This document shows, piece after piece, positions 15,554 through 24,246 of a stretch of DNA of 32,000 bases. The stretch lies in contig NZ_WUUQ01000006.1 of NCBI RefSeq assembly GCF_009831105.1, positions 1-32,000 on the forward strand, written 5' to 3'. Source of the DNA: Copranaerobaculum intestinale (GTDB lineage Bacteria; Bacillota_I; Bacilli_A; Erysipelotrichales; Erysipelotrichaceae). Every line of letters starts with the position of its first letter. Within the stretch, counting starts at the first letter, position 1. The position numbers and the translations under genes were made by a program. A model generated the notes under the pieces. That model ran no database searches. It saw nothing but the letters and a program-made list of their open reading frames with translations, and was not told where the DNA came from.

Positions 15554-16729
15554 ATGAGAAACAGAATTCGTTTGGTTATGGTCTCAAAAATTGATGATGG
15601 TTATCTCCGTGAGTACCTGCAAAGACAAGCTACCAAAGGATATCGTTTGACACGGATGATCGAACCGTTGCTTATTTTTGAAAAGGATGAACAGGCCGTT
15701 ACGGAAATTTATACAGCTCTGCCCCGTGATAGCTTTGAAGCAGAATTGCGGATGCATAAGCCGCAGCCTGAACATGCGATGCTGAGCGGATGGCGGTTTC
15801 ATATTTTAAAAGGCAAATACGAAGCACCGATATCCGTTGTATCGCAGTATCTGGATATGCTGATCTATCTGCTGTTATATGCGATGCTGCTGGGGGGAAT
15901 GTTTCGCTATGCGGAATTTCTGCCTTTTTCATTTGAACGGTTTTTAGCGATCGCTTCGTTAAGCGGTATCGTTATTTTGTGGCAGCTGTTGTTTCTCGTA
16001 TTGCGGATTCGATCTGTCAAGCTGTATAAAAAGCTTCAGCTTACCGTACCGTTGCGAAATCTGCTGGTAATAATTTTGGTTGTTATGTGGTTTTGCAATC
16101 TATATTCAAAATTTGATATTCTGCATATCATTTATATTTTGTTTCTGCTTATTTTGCTTTTCTGTGTGCGGATTGGAATCCTGAACGGTCATCATAGCTA
16201 TTGGCTGCGCATAGCGATGCTGTTTCTTTCTATCGGTATTCTGATCCTTAGCGGTATGCAGTTGTATTCCCACAACACGGATGCCGCTTACCAATGCAAA
16301 AAGGATGCGTTTACCCTGTATTTGAAAGACCTTGGACAAAAGGCAAAAACTACCGACTGCGTCCAGAATGAAACATCTTATACCTATCAGGAAAGCGATC
16401 AAAAATATACCCATTGGTATAATGATGAAAGATTGCCAAGCCAAGATCGAGAAAATATTGTTTCCAATTTTTTTACACAATATGAAAATGAGCAGGGAGC
16501 CGCTGTGGAATATCGTGCTCAAAAACAATCATTAACAGATAATTATGGAGAACCAAATGATCTCGATCCATCATGGAATGTCGATCAAGGATGTTTCATA
16601 TACGGAGACGGCATCGAGGTGCTTATGGTTCAAAAGGGAAATCGGATCTACCAATATACGATGGAAAAGGGAAACAATTATGATGGAGAATGGATGGATG
16701 TTGTAAAACAAAAATTCTTTACACAATGA
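15554..16729 (+). CDS. DUF2812-like N-terminal domain fused to a multi-pass membrane region and a C-terminal extracytoplasmic domain
   Basis: The N-terminus (DDGYLREYLQRQATKGYRLTRM ... LIFEKDE) resembles DUF2812. About 6 hydrophobic helices span roughly aa 100-250, followed by a ~140-aa polar C-terminal domain. The ATG at 15554 follows AAGGTGA. Confidence 0.6.
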   Translation: MRNRIRLVMVSKIDDGYLREYLQRQATKGYRLTRMIEPLLIFEKDEQAVTEIYTALPRDSFEAELRMHKPQPEHAMLSGWRFHILKGKYEAPISVVSQYLDMLIYLLLYAMLLGGMFRYAEFLPFSFERFLAIASLSGIVILWQLLFLVLRIRSVKLYKKLQLTVPLRNLLVIILVVMWFCNLYSKFDILHIIYILFLLILLFCVRIGILNGHHSYWLRIAMLFLSIGILILSGMQLYSHNTDAAYQCKKDAFTLYLKDLGQKAKTTDCVQNETSYTYQESDQKYTHWYNDERLPSQDRENIVSNFFTQYENEQGAAVEYRAQKQSLTDNYGEPNDLDPSWNVDQGCFIYGDGIEVLMVQKGNRIYQYTMEKGNNYDGEWMDVVKQKFFTQ

Positions 16730-16745
16730 ATATTTTAATAATATA

Positions 16746-16785
16746 AAAAAGAAAGAAGAAGCTCAGACGAACTTCTTCTTTTTTA
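16746..16785. terminator. Bidirectional terminator between the convergent 15554 gene and the ABC exporter operon
   Basis: AGAAGAAG (16754-16761) / CTTCTTCT (16772-16779) with a 10-nt loop, an A-run before it and a T-run after it. Confidence 0.65.
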
Positions 16786-16800
16786 TGAATAACGATCTTG

Positions 16801-18609
16801 TTAAGAGTCGGATTCGATTTCATCGGCACAGCTGGCAAATTGTGAGTTATACAACTGTTCATAGAAGCCTTTCTTGGCGAGCAGCTCCTCGTGTGTGCCG
16901 GATTCCATAATGTCACCGTTGTTGATAACGAGAATCAAATCCGCGCTGCGGATGGTAGACAGACGATGCGCGATGACAAAGCTGGTTCGTCCCTTCATCA
17001 CATTTTTCATAGCGGTTTGAAGCATCAATTCCAAACGAGTATCGACAGAGCTGGTTGCCTCATCCAAAATCAGGATCTGCGGATTTTTCAGAATCGCACG
17101 GGCAATTGTCAGCAGCTGCTTCTCTCCTTGTGAAATATTATTTCCTTCTTCGTTGATAAACATGTCATAGCCGTCTGATAAGGTCCTAATAAAGTGATGA
17201 ACATTCGCAGTCTTGGCAGCTTCAATCACTTCATCCTTACGGGCATTCAATCGTCCATAGCGGATGTTTTCAAAAATGGTTCCTGAAAACAGCCAGGTAT
17301 CCTGCAATACCATCCCGAACATCGCCCGCAGATCATCGCGTTTCATATCGCGAATGTCGATACCGTCAATCTTAATACTGCCGCTGTTAACATCATAAAA
17401 ACGAAGCAATAAATTAATCAGGGTTGTTTTACCGGCACCCGTCGGGCCGACAATCGCAACCATTTGTCCGCTCTTTACTTCAGCATTTAGGTTGGATATG
17501 ATCGTTTTATCCGGATGATATCCGAATTTCACGTTTTCAAAGGATACATTGCCTTTTACCTCAGGTATGATAGCTGCCGGTTCTGCTTCCTTAACCTCTT
17601 CCGGTTCATTTAAGATAGCGAAGACCCGGCTCATTGCTGCGAAAGCAGATTGAATTGCGCTCGATAGCTGTGATACTTGAGAAATTGGATCATTGATTTG
17701 CCAGATATAACGAATGAAGGCCTGTAGGTTGCCGACCGCAAGCGTACCGTTGATAGCGTTCAGCGTTCCTAGTACGGCAACTCCGCCAATACCCAAATAC
17801 GTTACCAGAGATATGGATGGTGACATGGTAGAGGAAATAAATTGCGCCTTGAAGGCTGATTCACGCAGTTTATCATTTGAACTGCGGAAACGCTCGATCA
17901 TTTCATCCTGACGGTTATAAAGCATAATTTCATTGAATCCGGTATACATTTCTGTAATATTACCGTTCAATACTCCGAGTGCATCCTGCTGAGCTTTAAA
18001 GTGCTTCTGTGAAATTCCTACGATTACTTTGGTGATAAGGAGACCGCATGGAATGATCAGCAGGGTAATGATGGTCATCCAAAAGTTGATGCTGAACATC
18101 ATGCCGACTGCCAGACATACTGACAATACGGCGCTGATGACTTGAGAAAAGCTCTGCTGGAGTGCATTGGAAACCGCATCAATATCATTAGTGATACGGC
18201 TTAATACATCCCCAAACTGATTGGTATCAAAATAGCTGACCGGAAGCTTATGAATTTTATGTTCCAAAGCATTGCGTAAATCATGCATTGTATTTTGAAT
18301 TGCATTTGTCAATAAGAATACGGATACGATCTGAGAGAGGGTTTTACATAGATATACACTGCCGCAGACAATCAAAATATGAATAATATAGGTAAAATCA
18401 ACGCCTGCTCCGCTAACGCCTTTCAAAATATCACTGGCATCCTTCGCAAGCTGGGTCGTGATCATGCCTTCTACTTTTGGGGCAATGGACATGAACACTG
18501 TGGAAGCGATGATAAAGATAATGGCAAAGACAAAAGAGAAGCGATAAGGACGAAGAAACGGCATGAGCTGTTTAAGATTGGAACGAATGTTCGTATTTTT
18601 ATTACGCAT
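16801..18609 (-). CDS. ABC exporter half-transporter (TMD-NBD fusion), second subunit of a heterodimeric pair
   Basis: Six N-terminal TM helices, Walker A GPTGAGKTT, signature ISQGEKQL, Walker B ILILDEATSSVD and H-loop IAHRLST. Its start overlaps the upstream gene's stop by 8 nt. Confidence 0.9.
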   Translation of the reverse strand: MRNKNTNIRSNLKQLMPFLRPYRFSFVFAIIFIIASTVFMSIAPKVEGMITTQLAKDASDILKGVSGAGVDFTYIIHILIVCGSVYLCKTLSQIVSVFLLTNAIQNTMHDLRNALEHKIHKLPVSYFDTNQFGDVLSRITNDIDAVSNALQQSFSQVISAVLSVCLAVGMMFSINFWMTIITLLIIPCGLLITKVIVGISQKHFKAQQDALGVLNGNITEMYTGFNEIMLYNRQDEMIERFRSSNDKLRESAFKAQFISSTMSPSISLVTYLGIGGVAVLGTLNAINGTLAVGNLQAFIRYIWQINDPISQVSQLSSAIQSAFAAMSRVFAILNEPEEVKEAEPAAIIPEVKGNVSFENVKFGYHPDKTIISNLNAEVKSGQMVAIVGPTGAGKTTLINLLLRFYDVNSGSIKIDGIDIRDMKRDDLRAMFGMVLQDTWLFSGTIFENIRYGRLNARKDEVIEAAKTANVHHFIRTLSDGYDMFINEEGNNISQGEKQLLTIARAILKNPQILILDEATSSVDTRLELMLQTAMKNVMKGRTSFVIAHRLSTIRSADLILVINNGDIMESGTHEELLAKKGFYEQLYNSQFASCADEIESDS

Positions 18610-20335
18610 TTCCCAGTTCCTCCTTTGTCAGCTGAGAAGCCGCAATCTCATAATAGATCGGACAAGCCTTCAGCAGCTCCTGATGAGTACCCTTGCCGAC
18701 CATCCGCCCCTCATTGAGAACGATGATCTGTGAGGCATCCATGATAGAGGATACGCGTTGTGCGACAATCAGCACAATGGCATCACCTGTTTCAGCCTTC
18801 AGCCGATTGCGCAGAATCGCATCGGTTTTGAAGTCTAAGGCAGAGAAGCTGTCATCAAAAATATAAATCTGGGGATGATGGACAATAGCTCGGGCAATCG
18901 ATAAACGCTGTTTCTGGCCGCCGGACACATTGGTGCCGCTTTCGGTGATCAGATCATCATATTTCAGCGGCTTATTGTTGATGAATTCAGCCGCCTGTGC
19001 AACATCGGCGCTGTGCTTCATTTCCTCATCGCTGGCATTGCGGTTACCGAAACGGATATTGTCGGCAATCGTTCCGGTAAAGAGATTCGCTTTCTGTGGG
19101 ATAAACCCAATTTTGTCTCGCAGTACTGATAAATCAAAGTTGCGGATATCGATTCCGTCGATGGTAATCGATCCGCAGCTGACATCATAAAAGCGGGGAA
19201 TCAGGTTAATCAATGTTGACTTGCCGGAACCGGTACTGCCGATAAAAGCGATCATATCACCTTTTTTTGCGGTAAAGCTGATATCATCCAGTACTTTCTC
19301 CTCGCCGTCCGGATAGACAAAGGATACATGATTGAAGGCCAGCTCCTGCATATTTCGCTGAACGTGTATGCCTTCTTCGGGATTTTTAATCAACGGATCG
19401 GTATCCAATATTTCTTTGATGCGCCCAGCCGATACCTCAGCCCGTGGGTACATGATGAATACCGAACAAAAAAGCATCATGGAAAGCATGGCATGAAACA
19501 GGTAGTCCATAAAGGCTACCAATTTACCGATCTGCAGGGTACCGGCATCGATCTTGGTACTGGCAACCCAGAAGATCAGCATCATGGCAATGTTCATCAG
19601 GCAGAAAAAGACCGGTTGGGTCAAAGACATCAATTTAAAGATTTTTTTAGAATGATCGGTATACGCATCGTTGGTCTCATTGAAACGGGTTTCTTCATAC
19701 GCATCATTGTTGAAGGCGCGGATCACCCGGATCCCGGTAAGATTCTCACGCGAGATGCGGTTGAGTCCATCCAGAGATTTCTGCTGCTTCTGAGAAATCG
19801 GATGCGACATCCATGCGACCAGAACGACCCCCAGGATAATGATCGGAAACGTACCGGCTAAGATTGCCGACAGCTCCAACGAAGTTCTGATCGTCAGAAA
19901 AACACTCAGACCGAGCATGACCGGTGTGAGCAGGGCGGTCCGCAGAATGACATTGACAAACAGCTGAATCTGAAATGCATCATTATTGGTTCTGGTGATC
20001 AAGGATGAGATGCCAAACCGGTTGAACTCCGTATGGGAGAAGGTTTGAATCTTATCAAAGACATCGTTGCGGATATCACGGGTGATACTGGTTGATATTT
20101 TAGCGGAACAGTAACCCAATAAAATTGTACCGCCGACTCCGACTACGGATATGACAACGATCAACAGTCCCATTTGATAGATATAGCCGGGGTCTTGGTT
20201 CATCACTCCGACATCGATCATATTGGCAACAATTGTAGGAATCCCCAGCTCTACCAAAGCGAAGCCGAAGACCGAACATATATTGATCAGTATTAATTTC
20301 TTATAATGACCTAGATAATGTAAGATAAAACGCAT
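18602..20335 (-). CDS. ABC exporter half-transporter (TMD-NBD fusion), first subunit of a heterodimeric pair
   Basis: Walker A GSTGSGKST, signature VSGGQKQR, Walker B IYIFDDSFSALD (degenerate Asp in place of the catalytic Glu, typical of asymmetric heterodimers such as BmrCD/LmrCD/EfrCD). The ATG at 20335 (MRFILHYL) is preceded by AAGGAGGGG. The longer track ORF to 20452 is probably not translated. Confidence 0.88.
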   Translation of the reverse strand: MRFILHYLGHYKKLILINICSVFGFALVELGIPTIVANMIDVGVMNQDPGYIYQMGLLIVVISVVGVGGTILLGYCSAKISTSITRDIRNDVFDKIQTFSHTEFNRFGISSLITRTNNDAFQIQLFVNVILRTALLTPVMLGLSVFLTIRTSLELSAILAGTFPIIILGVVLVAWMSHPISQKQQKSLDGLNRISRENLTGIRVIRAFNNDAYEETRFNETNDAYTDHSKKIFKLMSLTQPVFFCLMNIAMMLIFWVASTKIDAGTLQIGKLVAFMDYLFHAMLSMMLFCSVFIMYPRAEVSAGRIKEILDTDPLIKNPEEGIHVQRNMQELAFNHVSFVYPDGEEKVLDDISFTAKKGDMIAFIGSTGSGKSTLINLIPRFYDVSCGSITIDGIDIRNFDLSVLRDKIGFIPQKANLFTGTIADNIRFGNRNASDEEMKHSADVAQAAEFINNKPLKYDDLITESGTNVSGGQKQRLSIARAIVHHPQIYIFDDSFSALDFKTDAILRNRLKAETGDAIVLIVAQRVSSIMDASQIIVLNEGRMVGKGTHQELLKACPIYYEIAASQLTKEELGNA

Positions 20336-20536
20336 ATTTCCCCTCCTTAAACAATCGGTAAAAAAGAAAAAAGAGCGTGCAGACCCTGCCCTTTTGTTTC
20401 TTATTATTTCCGATATTAGGTTCATGTTAACACCCTTTATTTTTAAAGTCAATCACTAATGAAAACCCTTGGTTATATTGTATATGCATGATATATCGTA
20501 TCTATGATTTGACTATTCTATATAGACAAAACCAAT

Positions 20537-20559
20537 ATCTAAGCATACGCTGCTTAGAT
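20537..20559. promoter_or_regulatory. Perfect 9-5-9 palindrome ATCTAAGCA-TACGC-TGCTTAGAT in the divergent ABC / ThrE intergenic region
   Basis: Read directly from the sequence. It lies between divergent genes, so it is not a terminator. It is a candidate dimeric regulator site or RNA hairpin. Confidence 0.3.
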
Positions 20560-20636
20560 GATATAGAATTTGTCAATTTCAAGAAAAAAGCTTTCGTCAT
20601 CTGATACACTTTATGATACTATTATCATGTTAGGAT

Positions 20637-21419
20637 ATGAGGTTTTTTATGGATGCTAATAAATTGATCAGTATTTCTGCCTATGCGGGGAGGCTGCTGT
20701 TAGAAAGCGGCGCTGAAACGTATCGGGTGGAAGAAAGCATGGTACGGATTTGCCATGCATTTGGGGCAAAGGATGCCCAGAGTTTTGTGACACCGACCGG
20801 CATCATGGTTTCGCTTATGGATGAAGGACAGAATTTTGCGACAGTATCCCGTATTCAGAACCGCGGGGTAGACCTGAATCGAATTGATTTGGTCAATGAT
20901 CTGTGCCGCAGTATACAGCAAAAGCAGCTGACCATTGATGAGTTTGATGAACAGCTGCATGAAATTGCGGCGATGAAACGATACAATTTCCCGACCACGG
21001 TATTTTTTGCGGCTTTGGGAGCTGGCGGATTCGCTTTCTTTTTCGGCGGCAACTGGTATGATGCGGCAGCGGCATTTTTTACCGGCATGGCAATAAAAGT
21101 GATATCCATCTTGATGGAGCGCTTTGAAATCAATTCTTTTTTCAATATGGGGATATCTGCCTGTGCGGCGGAATTGCTTTCTTTGATCTTTATTCAGTTT
21201 TCAAGCGATATGAATCATTCGGTAATCATCATATCCAGCATCATGCTGCTGGTGCCGGGACTGGCGATTACCAATGCGGTGCGCGATATCGTTGCCGGTG
21301 ATTATCTTTCCGGCATGGCTAGAGCGATGGAAGCTTTCCTGGTTGCGATTGCGATTGCGATCGGTACCGGTATCGTATATAGTATTTGGATCAAAACCAT
21401 GGGAGGGATGCTGCTATGA
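20637..21419 (+). CDS. ThrE-family (DUF1212) putative threonine/serine exporter, large subunit
   Basis: AGRLLLESGAETYRVEESM is the family hallmark. The C-terminal half is hydrophobic. Confidence 0.8.
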   Translation: MRFFMDANKLISISAYAGRLLLESGAETYRVEESMVRICHAFGAKDAQSFVTPTGIMVSLMDEGQNFATVSRIQNRGVDLNRIDLVNDLCRSIQQKQLTIDEFDEQLHEIAAMKRYNFPTTVFFAALGAGGFAFFFGGNWYDAAAAFFTGMAIKVISILMERFEINSFFNMGISACAAELLSLIFIQFSSDMNHSVIIISSIMLLVPGLAITNAVRDIVAGDYLSGMARAMEAFLVAIAIAIGTGIVYSIWIKTMGGMLL

Positions 21420-21871
21420 TCGTAATCATTTTATCATCGTTTGTGGCCTCGTTTGGATTTGGAATCATATTTAATATCAAAGGCAAGAAGCTGGTGGCTG
21501 CGGCAGTAGCCGGATGCCTTGGCAGCGTGGTGTATACACTGCTGATGAATCATGGAGAAGCCGAACCGGTATGTATGCTGTTGGCTTCTATATCATTCTC
21601 TGTTTTTTCAGAGGTCTTTGCCAGACTATATCATACCCCCGTAACGACCTTTGTTATCTGCGCCTTAATTCCGCTGGTGCCGGGGAAGGGCATGTATATG
21701 ACGATGCAGGAGGTAGTAGCAGGAAATACTAACGGCGCACTGCAGGAAGGATTGGCAACCTTGTCCAATGCCGGGGGACTGGCGCTAGGAATCATCGCGG
21801 TATCGTCGCTGACCCGACTGTTCTTTCGCTATAAATCTATTCATAAAAAGCATTTACTGGAAAATCAGTAA
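21416..21871 (+). CDS. ThrE_2-family (DUF3815) membrane protein, small subunit of the exporter pair
   Basis: About 150 aa, four to five hydrophobic helices. An ATGA start/stop overlap with the upstream ThrE gene and a GGGAGGG RBS 8 nt upstream support the start. Confidence 0.8.
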   Translation: MIVIILSSFVASFGFGIIFNIKGKKLVAAAVAGCLGSVVYTLLMNHGEAEPVCMLLASISFSVFSEVFARLYHTPVTTFVICALIPLVPGKGMYMTMQEVVAGNTNGALQEGLATLSNAGGLALGIIAVSSLTRLFFRYKSIHKKHLLENQ

Positions 21872-21890
21872 ATGTTTTTTTCGGTTCTGT

Positions 21891-21920
21891 TTGTCAAGCA
21901 TAGGATGGATGCGATACAAT
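21891..21920 (+). promoter_or_regulatory. Promoter candidate for the U32-MATE-dehydrogenase genes
   Basis: TTGTCA (21891-21896), an 18-nt spacer, then TACAAT (21915-21920). Its position places the track ATG at 21919 upstream of the likely transcription start. Confidence 0.45.
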
Positions 21921-21948
21921 GAAACCATGGGAATTGGAGGCTGTGCAT

Positions 21949-24231
21949 ATGATACGGAAAGTGGAATTATTGGCGCCTGCGGGATCGATGGAAGCGCTGA
22001 AGGCTGCTATACACAGTGGCTGTGATGCTGTTTATATGGGCGGTCGTCTGTTCGGTGCCCGCGCCTTTGCGCAGAATTTTGATGAGGAAGCAATGGTAAA
22101 GGCCGTACGCTATGCTCATCGCTATGGGGTGAAGGTTTATATAACCGTCAATACTCTGATTAAGGATCAGGAAATGGAAGAATGCCTTGCTTACGTGGCA
22201 GGGCTTCAGGATATGGACGTCGATGCTTTGATCATCCAGGATTTGGGACTGCTGGATGCCGTGCATCAGCAGTTTCCGGATTTTGAGCTGCATGCATCCA
22301 CACAGATGCATATTCATAACCGTGAGGGACTGGAGTTTCTAAAGGAAATGGGAATTCAGCGTGCAGTTGTGGCAAGAGAGACGACCATTGAACAAATTCA
22401 GGAATGGTCCAACATCGGTATCGATCTGGAAGTTTTTGTGCACGGTGCCATGTGTGTCAGCTATTCCGGGCAGTGTTTGATGAGCAGTCGGTTATTTGAT
22501 CGCAGCGGCAATCGCGGAGCGTGTGCCCAGCCTTGCCGAATGGCTTATGAACTGCTTCATCAAAACGGGCAGAAATGTGAGGTAATCCGACAAAAGGATG
22601 CTTATTTACTCAGTCTGAAAGATATGAATACCCTGGCGCATATTCCCCAGCTTCTGGAAGCGGGAATCACTTCGTTCAAAATTGAAGGAAGAATGAAAAG
22701 TCCGGAATATGTTGCACAGACTGTGAAGGCTTATCGCGAGGCAATCGACACCTGCTTGTCGAAACAATCTTATACTTATCATCAGGAGCAGGAGAAAGAA
22801 CTGCTGAAAGTATTCAACCGCGGTTTTAGTGCAGGTCATCTGTTTCACAGCAATCACGCTCAATTGGTTAATACGTATCGTCCCAATCATATGGGAATTC
22901 CGATTGGGACAATTCTTTCCAGCACCCGTCAGCGAATGCGGATAAAGCTCTGTGAGGATATCTGTCAGGGAGATGGTATTCGCGTGATTCAGGAGCCGGA
23001 AGACTATGGATGTATGGTCAATCGTATGTATGATAAGCACAATCAGCTGATTAAGCAGGCCGCTTCGGGATCAATCGTTGAGATTGAAAAAAGCGGATTT
23101 GTTGTTTCGGGCTCCTCGGTGATTCGCAGCATGGATAAAAAGCTCATGGAAACAGTGGATCAGCAGATTCAGCATAAACCGAAGCGCATCCCGATTACGA
23201 TGCGTTTTGAGATGAAAATCGGAAGCTTGGCAAAGCTGTGGGCGGCGGATGAAGAAGGCCATGAAGCACAGGCAAACAGCAGCTGTGAGGTGGAGAAGGC
23301 ACTGCGCTCACCACTTGATCAGGCTCGCATTATTCAGCAATTGTCCAAATGCGGCGATACATGCTTTACGATCCCAAATATGTATTTGGATACCGATGAG
23401 CAGGGGACGATGCCCATTAAGGAAATCAATGCATTGCGTCGCGAGGTGCTGAACGCACTGACAAATCAGCGTGAGCGTCGTAACGGTGGACGTCGCACGG
23501 CGACATACGATCGTAAAGCTCCAGCGGTCACACAAGAGCGATCGCTCAGTGTAGAGGTTGCGGATGAAGAACAGCTTCAAGCCGCAATTGAGGCAGGAAT
23601 TCAAATGATCTATACCAGCCGCGGCGATCTTGTGAAAAAATATCCGATGGTACGCCGCATTCATGAGCGAGTGCATCCGTTTCCGTATTCGCTTCAAAAA
23701 CAGGATGCGGTAGGCGAAGTCGGCGGTCTGCTTGCAAAGCAGACTGTATCCGGGGAAATTTCCCTGAACGTTTTCAACGCATATACAGCCGCCTTTCTGC
23801 ACGCGCATAGGGTACAGTCGCTGATCCTGTCCAGCGAATTGAATAAAGCAGAAGTACATACTCTGATTCAGGAATATCAACATCGGTATCATCAAAAGCC
23901 GAATGTCGGCGTTTTGATCTACGGTCGTCTGGAACTCATGATAACTCGTTATTGCACCGTATCCGCAATATTAAAAAACGGACAACCGAATTGCGGCTTG
24001 TGCCGGCAGCCCGGATATTATGTATTAAGGGATCGTAAAGGCAGATGTTTTCCGCTGCTTCATGATGAATTTTGTAATACGCATATTTTGGATCAGCAGC
24101 CGCTTGATCGAATCGATGAACTGGCTTTTTATCAGCAGGCAGGGGTTCGGGAATTCCGACTGCGTTTTACCTTAGAGGACAAACAGGAAACAGCGGCAAT
24201 TATTCGCCGCTATCAACAAAGACTCTCATAA
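21949..24231 (+). CDS. Peptidase U32-family protein, long form (about 760 aa)
   Basis: N-terminal U32 pattern VELLAPAGSMEALKAAIHSGCDAVYMGG ... VYITVNTL ... ELHASTQMHIHN ... FVHGAMCVSYSGQCLMS ... CAQPCR, plus a long C-terminal extension with a second Cys cluster (CGLCRQPGYY). The ATG at 21949 is 8 nt after GGAGG. Confidence 0.85.
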   Translation: MIRKVELLAPAGSMEALKAAIHSGCDAVYMGGRLFGARAFAQNFDEEAMVKAVRYAHRYGVKVYITVNTLIKDQEMEECLAYVAGLQDMDVDALIIQDLGLLDAVHQQFPDFELHASTQMHIHNREGLEFLKEMGIQRAVVARETTIEQIQEWSNIGIDLEVFVHGAMCVSYSGQCLMSSRLFDRSGNRGACAQPCRMAYELLHQNGQKCEVIRQKDAYLLSLKDMNTLAHIPQLLEAGITSFKIEGRMKSPEYVAQTVKAYREAIDTCLSKQSYTYHQEQEKELLKVFNRGFSAGHLFHSNHAQLVNTYRPNHMGIPIGTILSSTRQRMRIKLCEDICQGDGIRVIQEPEDYGCMVNRMYDKHNQLIKQAASGSIVEIEKSGFVVSGSSVIRSMDKKLMETVDQQIQHKPKRIPITMRFEMKIGSLAKLWAADEEGHEAQANSSCEVEKALRSPLDQARIIQQLSKCGDTCFTIPNMYLDTDEQGTMPIKEINALRREVLNALTNQRERRNGGRRTATYDRKAPAVTQERSLSVEVADEEQLQAAIEAGIQMIYTSRGDLVKKYPMVRRIHERVHPFPYSLQKQDAVGEVGGLLAKQTVSGEISLNVFNAYTAAFLHAHRVQSLILSSELNKAEVHTLIQEYQHRYHQKPNVGVLIYGRLELMITRYCTVSAILKNGQPNCGLCRQPGYYVLRDRKGRCFPLLHDEFCNTHILDQQPLDRIDELAFYQQAGVREFRLRFTLEDKQETAAIIRRYQQRLS

Positions 24232-24246
24232 GAAAGGAGTGAGGCA

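Noticed and set aside
19328-19861. 177-aa + strand ORF antisense to the ABC exporter gene. Similar cases occur in the U32 gene (23308-23895 -), the MATE gene (24357-24773 -) and the permease gene (27323-27874 +)
   Set aside because: All lie antisense within long genes that have strong family motifs. They have no RBS or family signal.
20336-20452. N-terminal extension of the ABC exporter (track ORF start 20452, or ATG 20425 preceded by GGGTG)
   Set aside because: The extension (MTLKIKGVNMNLISEII...FFFFTDCLRRGN) contains the promoter candidate and the U-tract of the leader hairpin. The ATG at 20335 has a far better RBS and gives the canonical N-terminus of ABC half-transporters.
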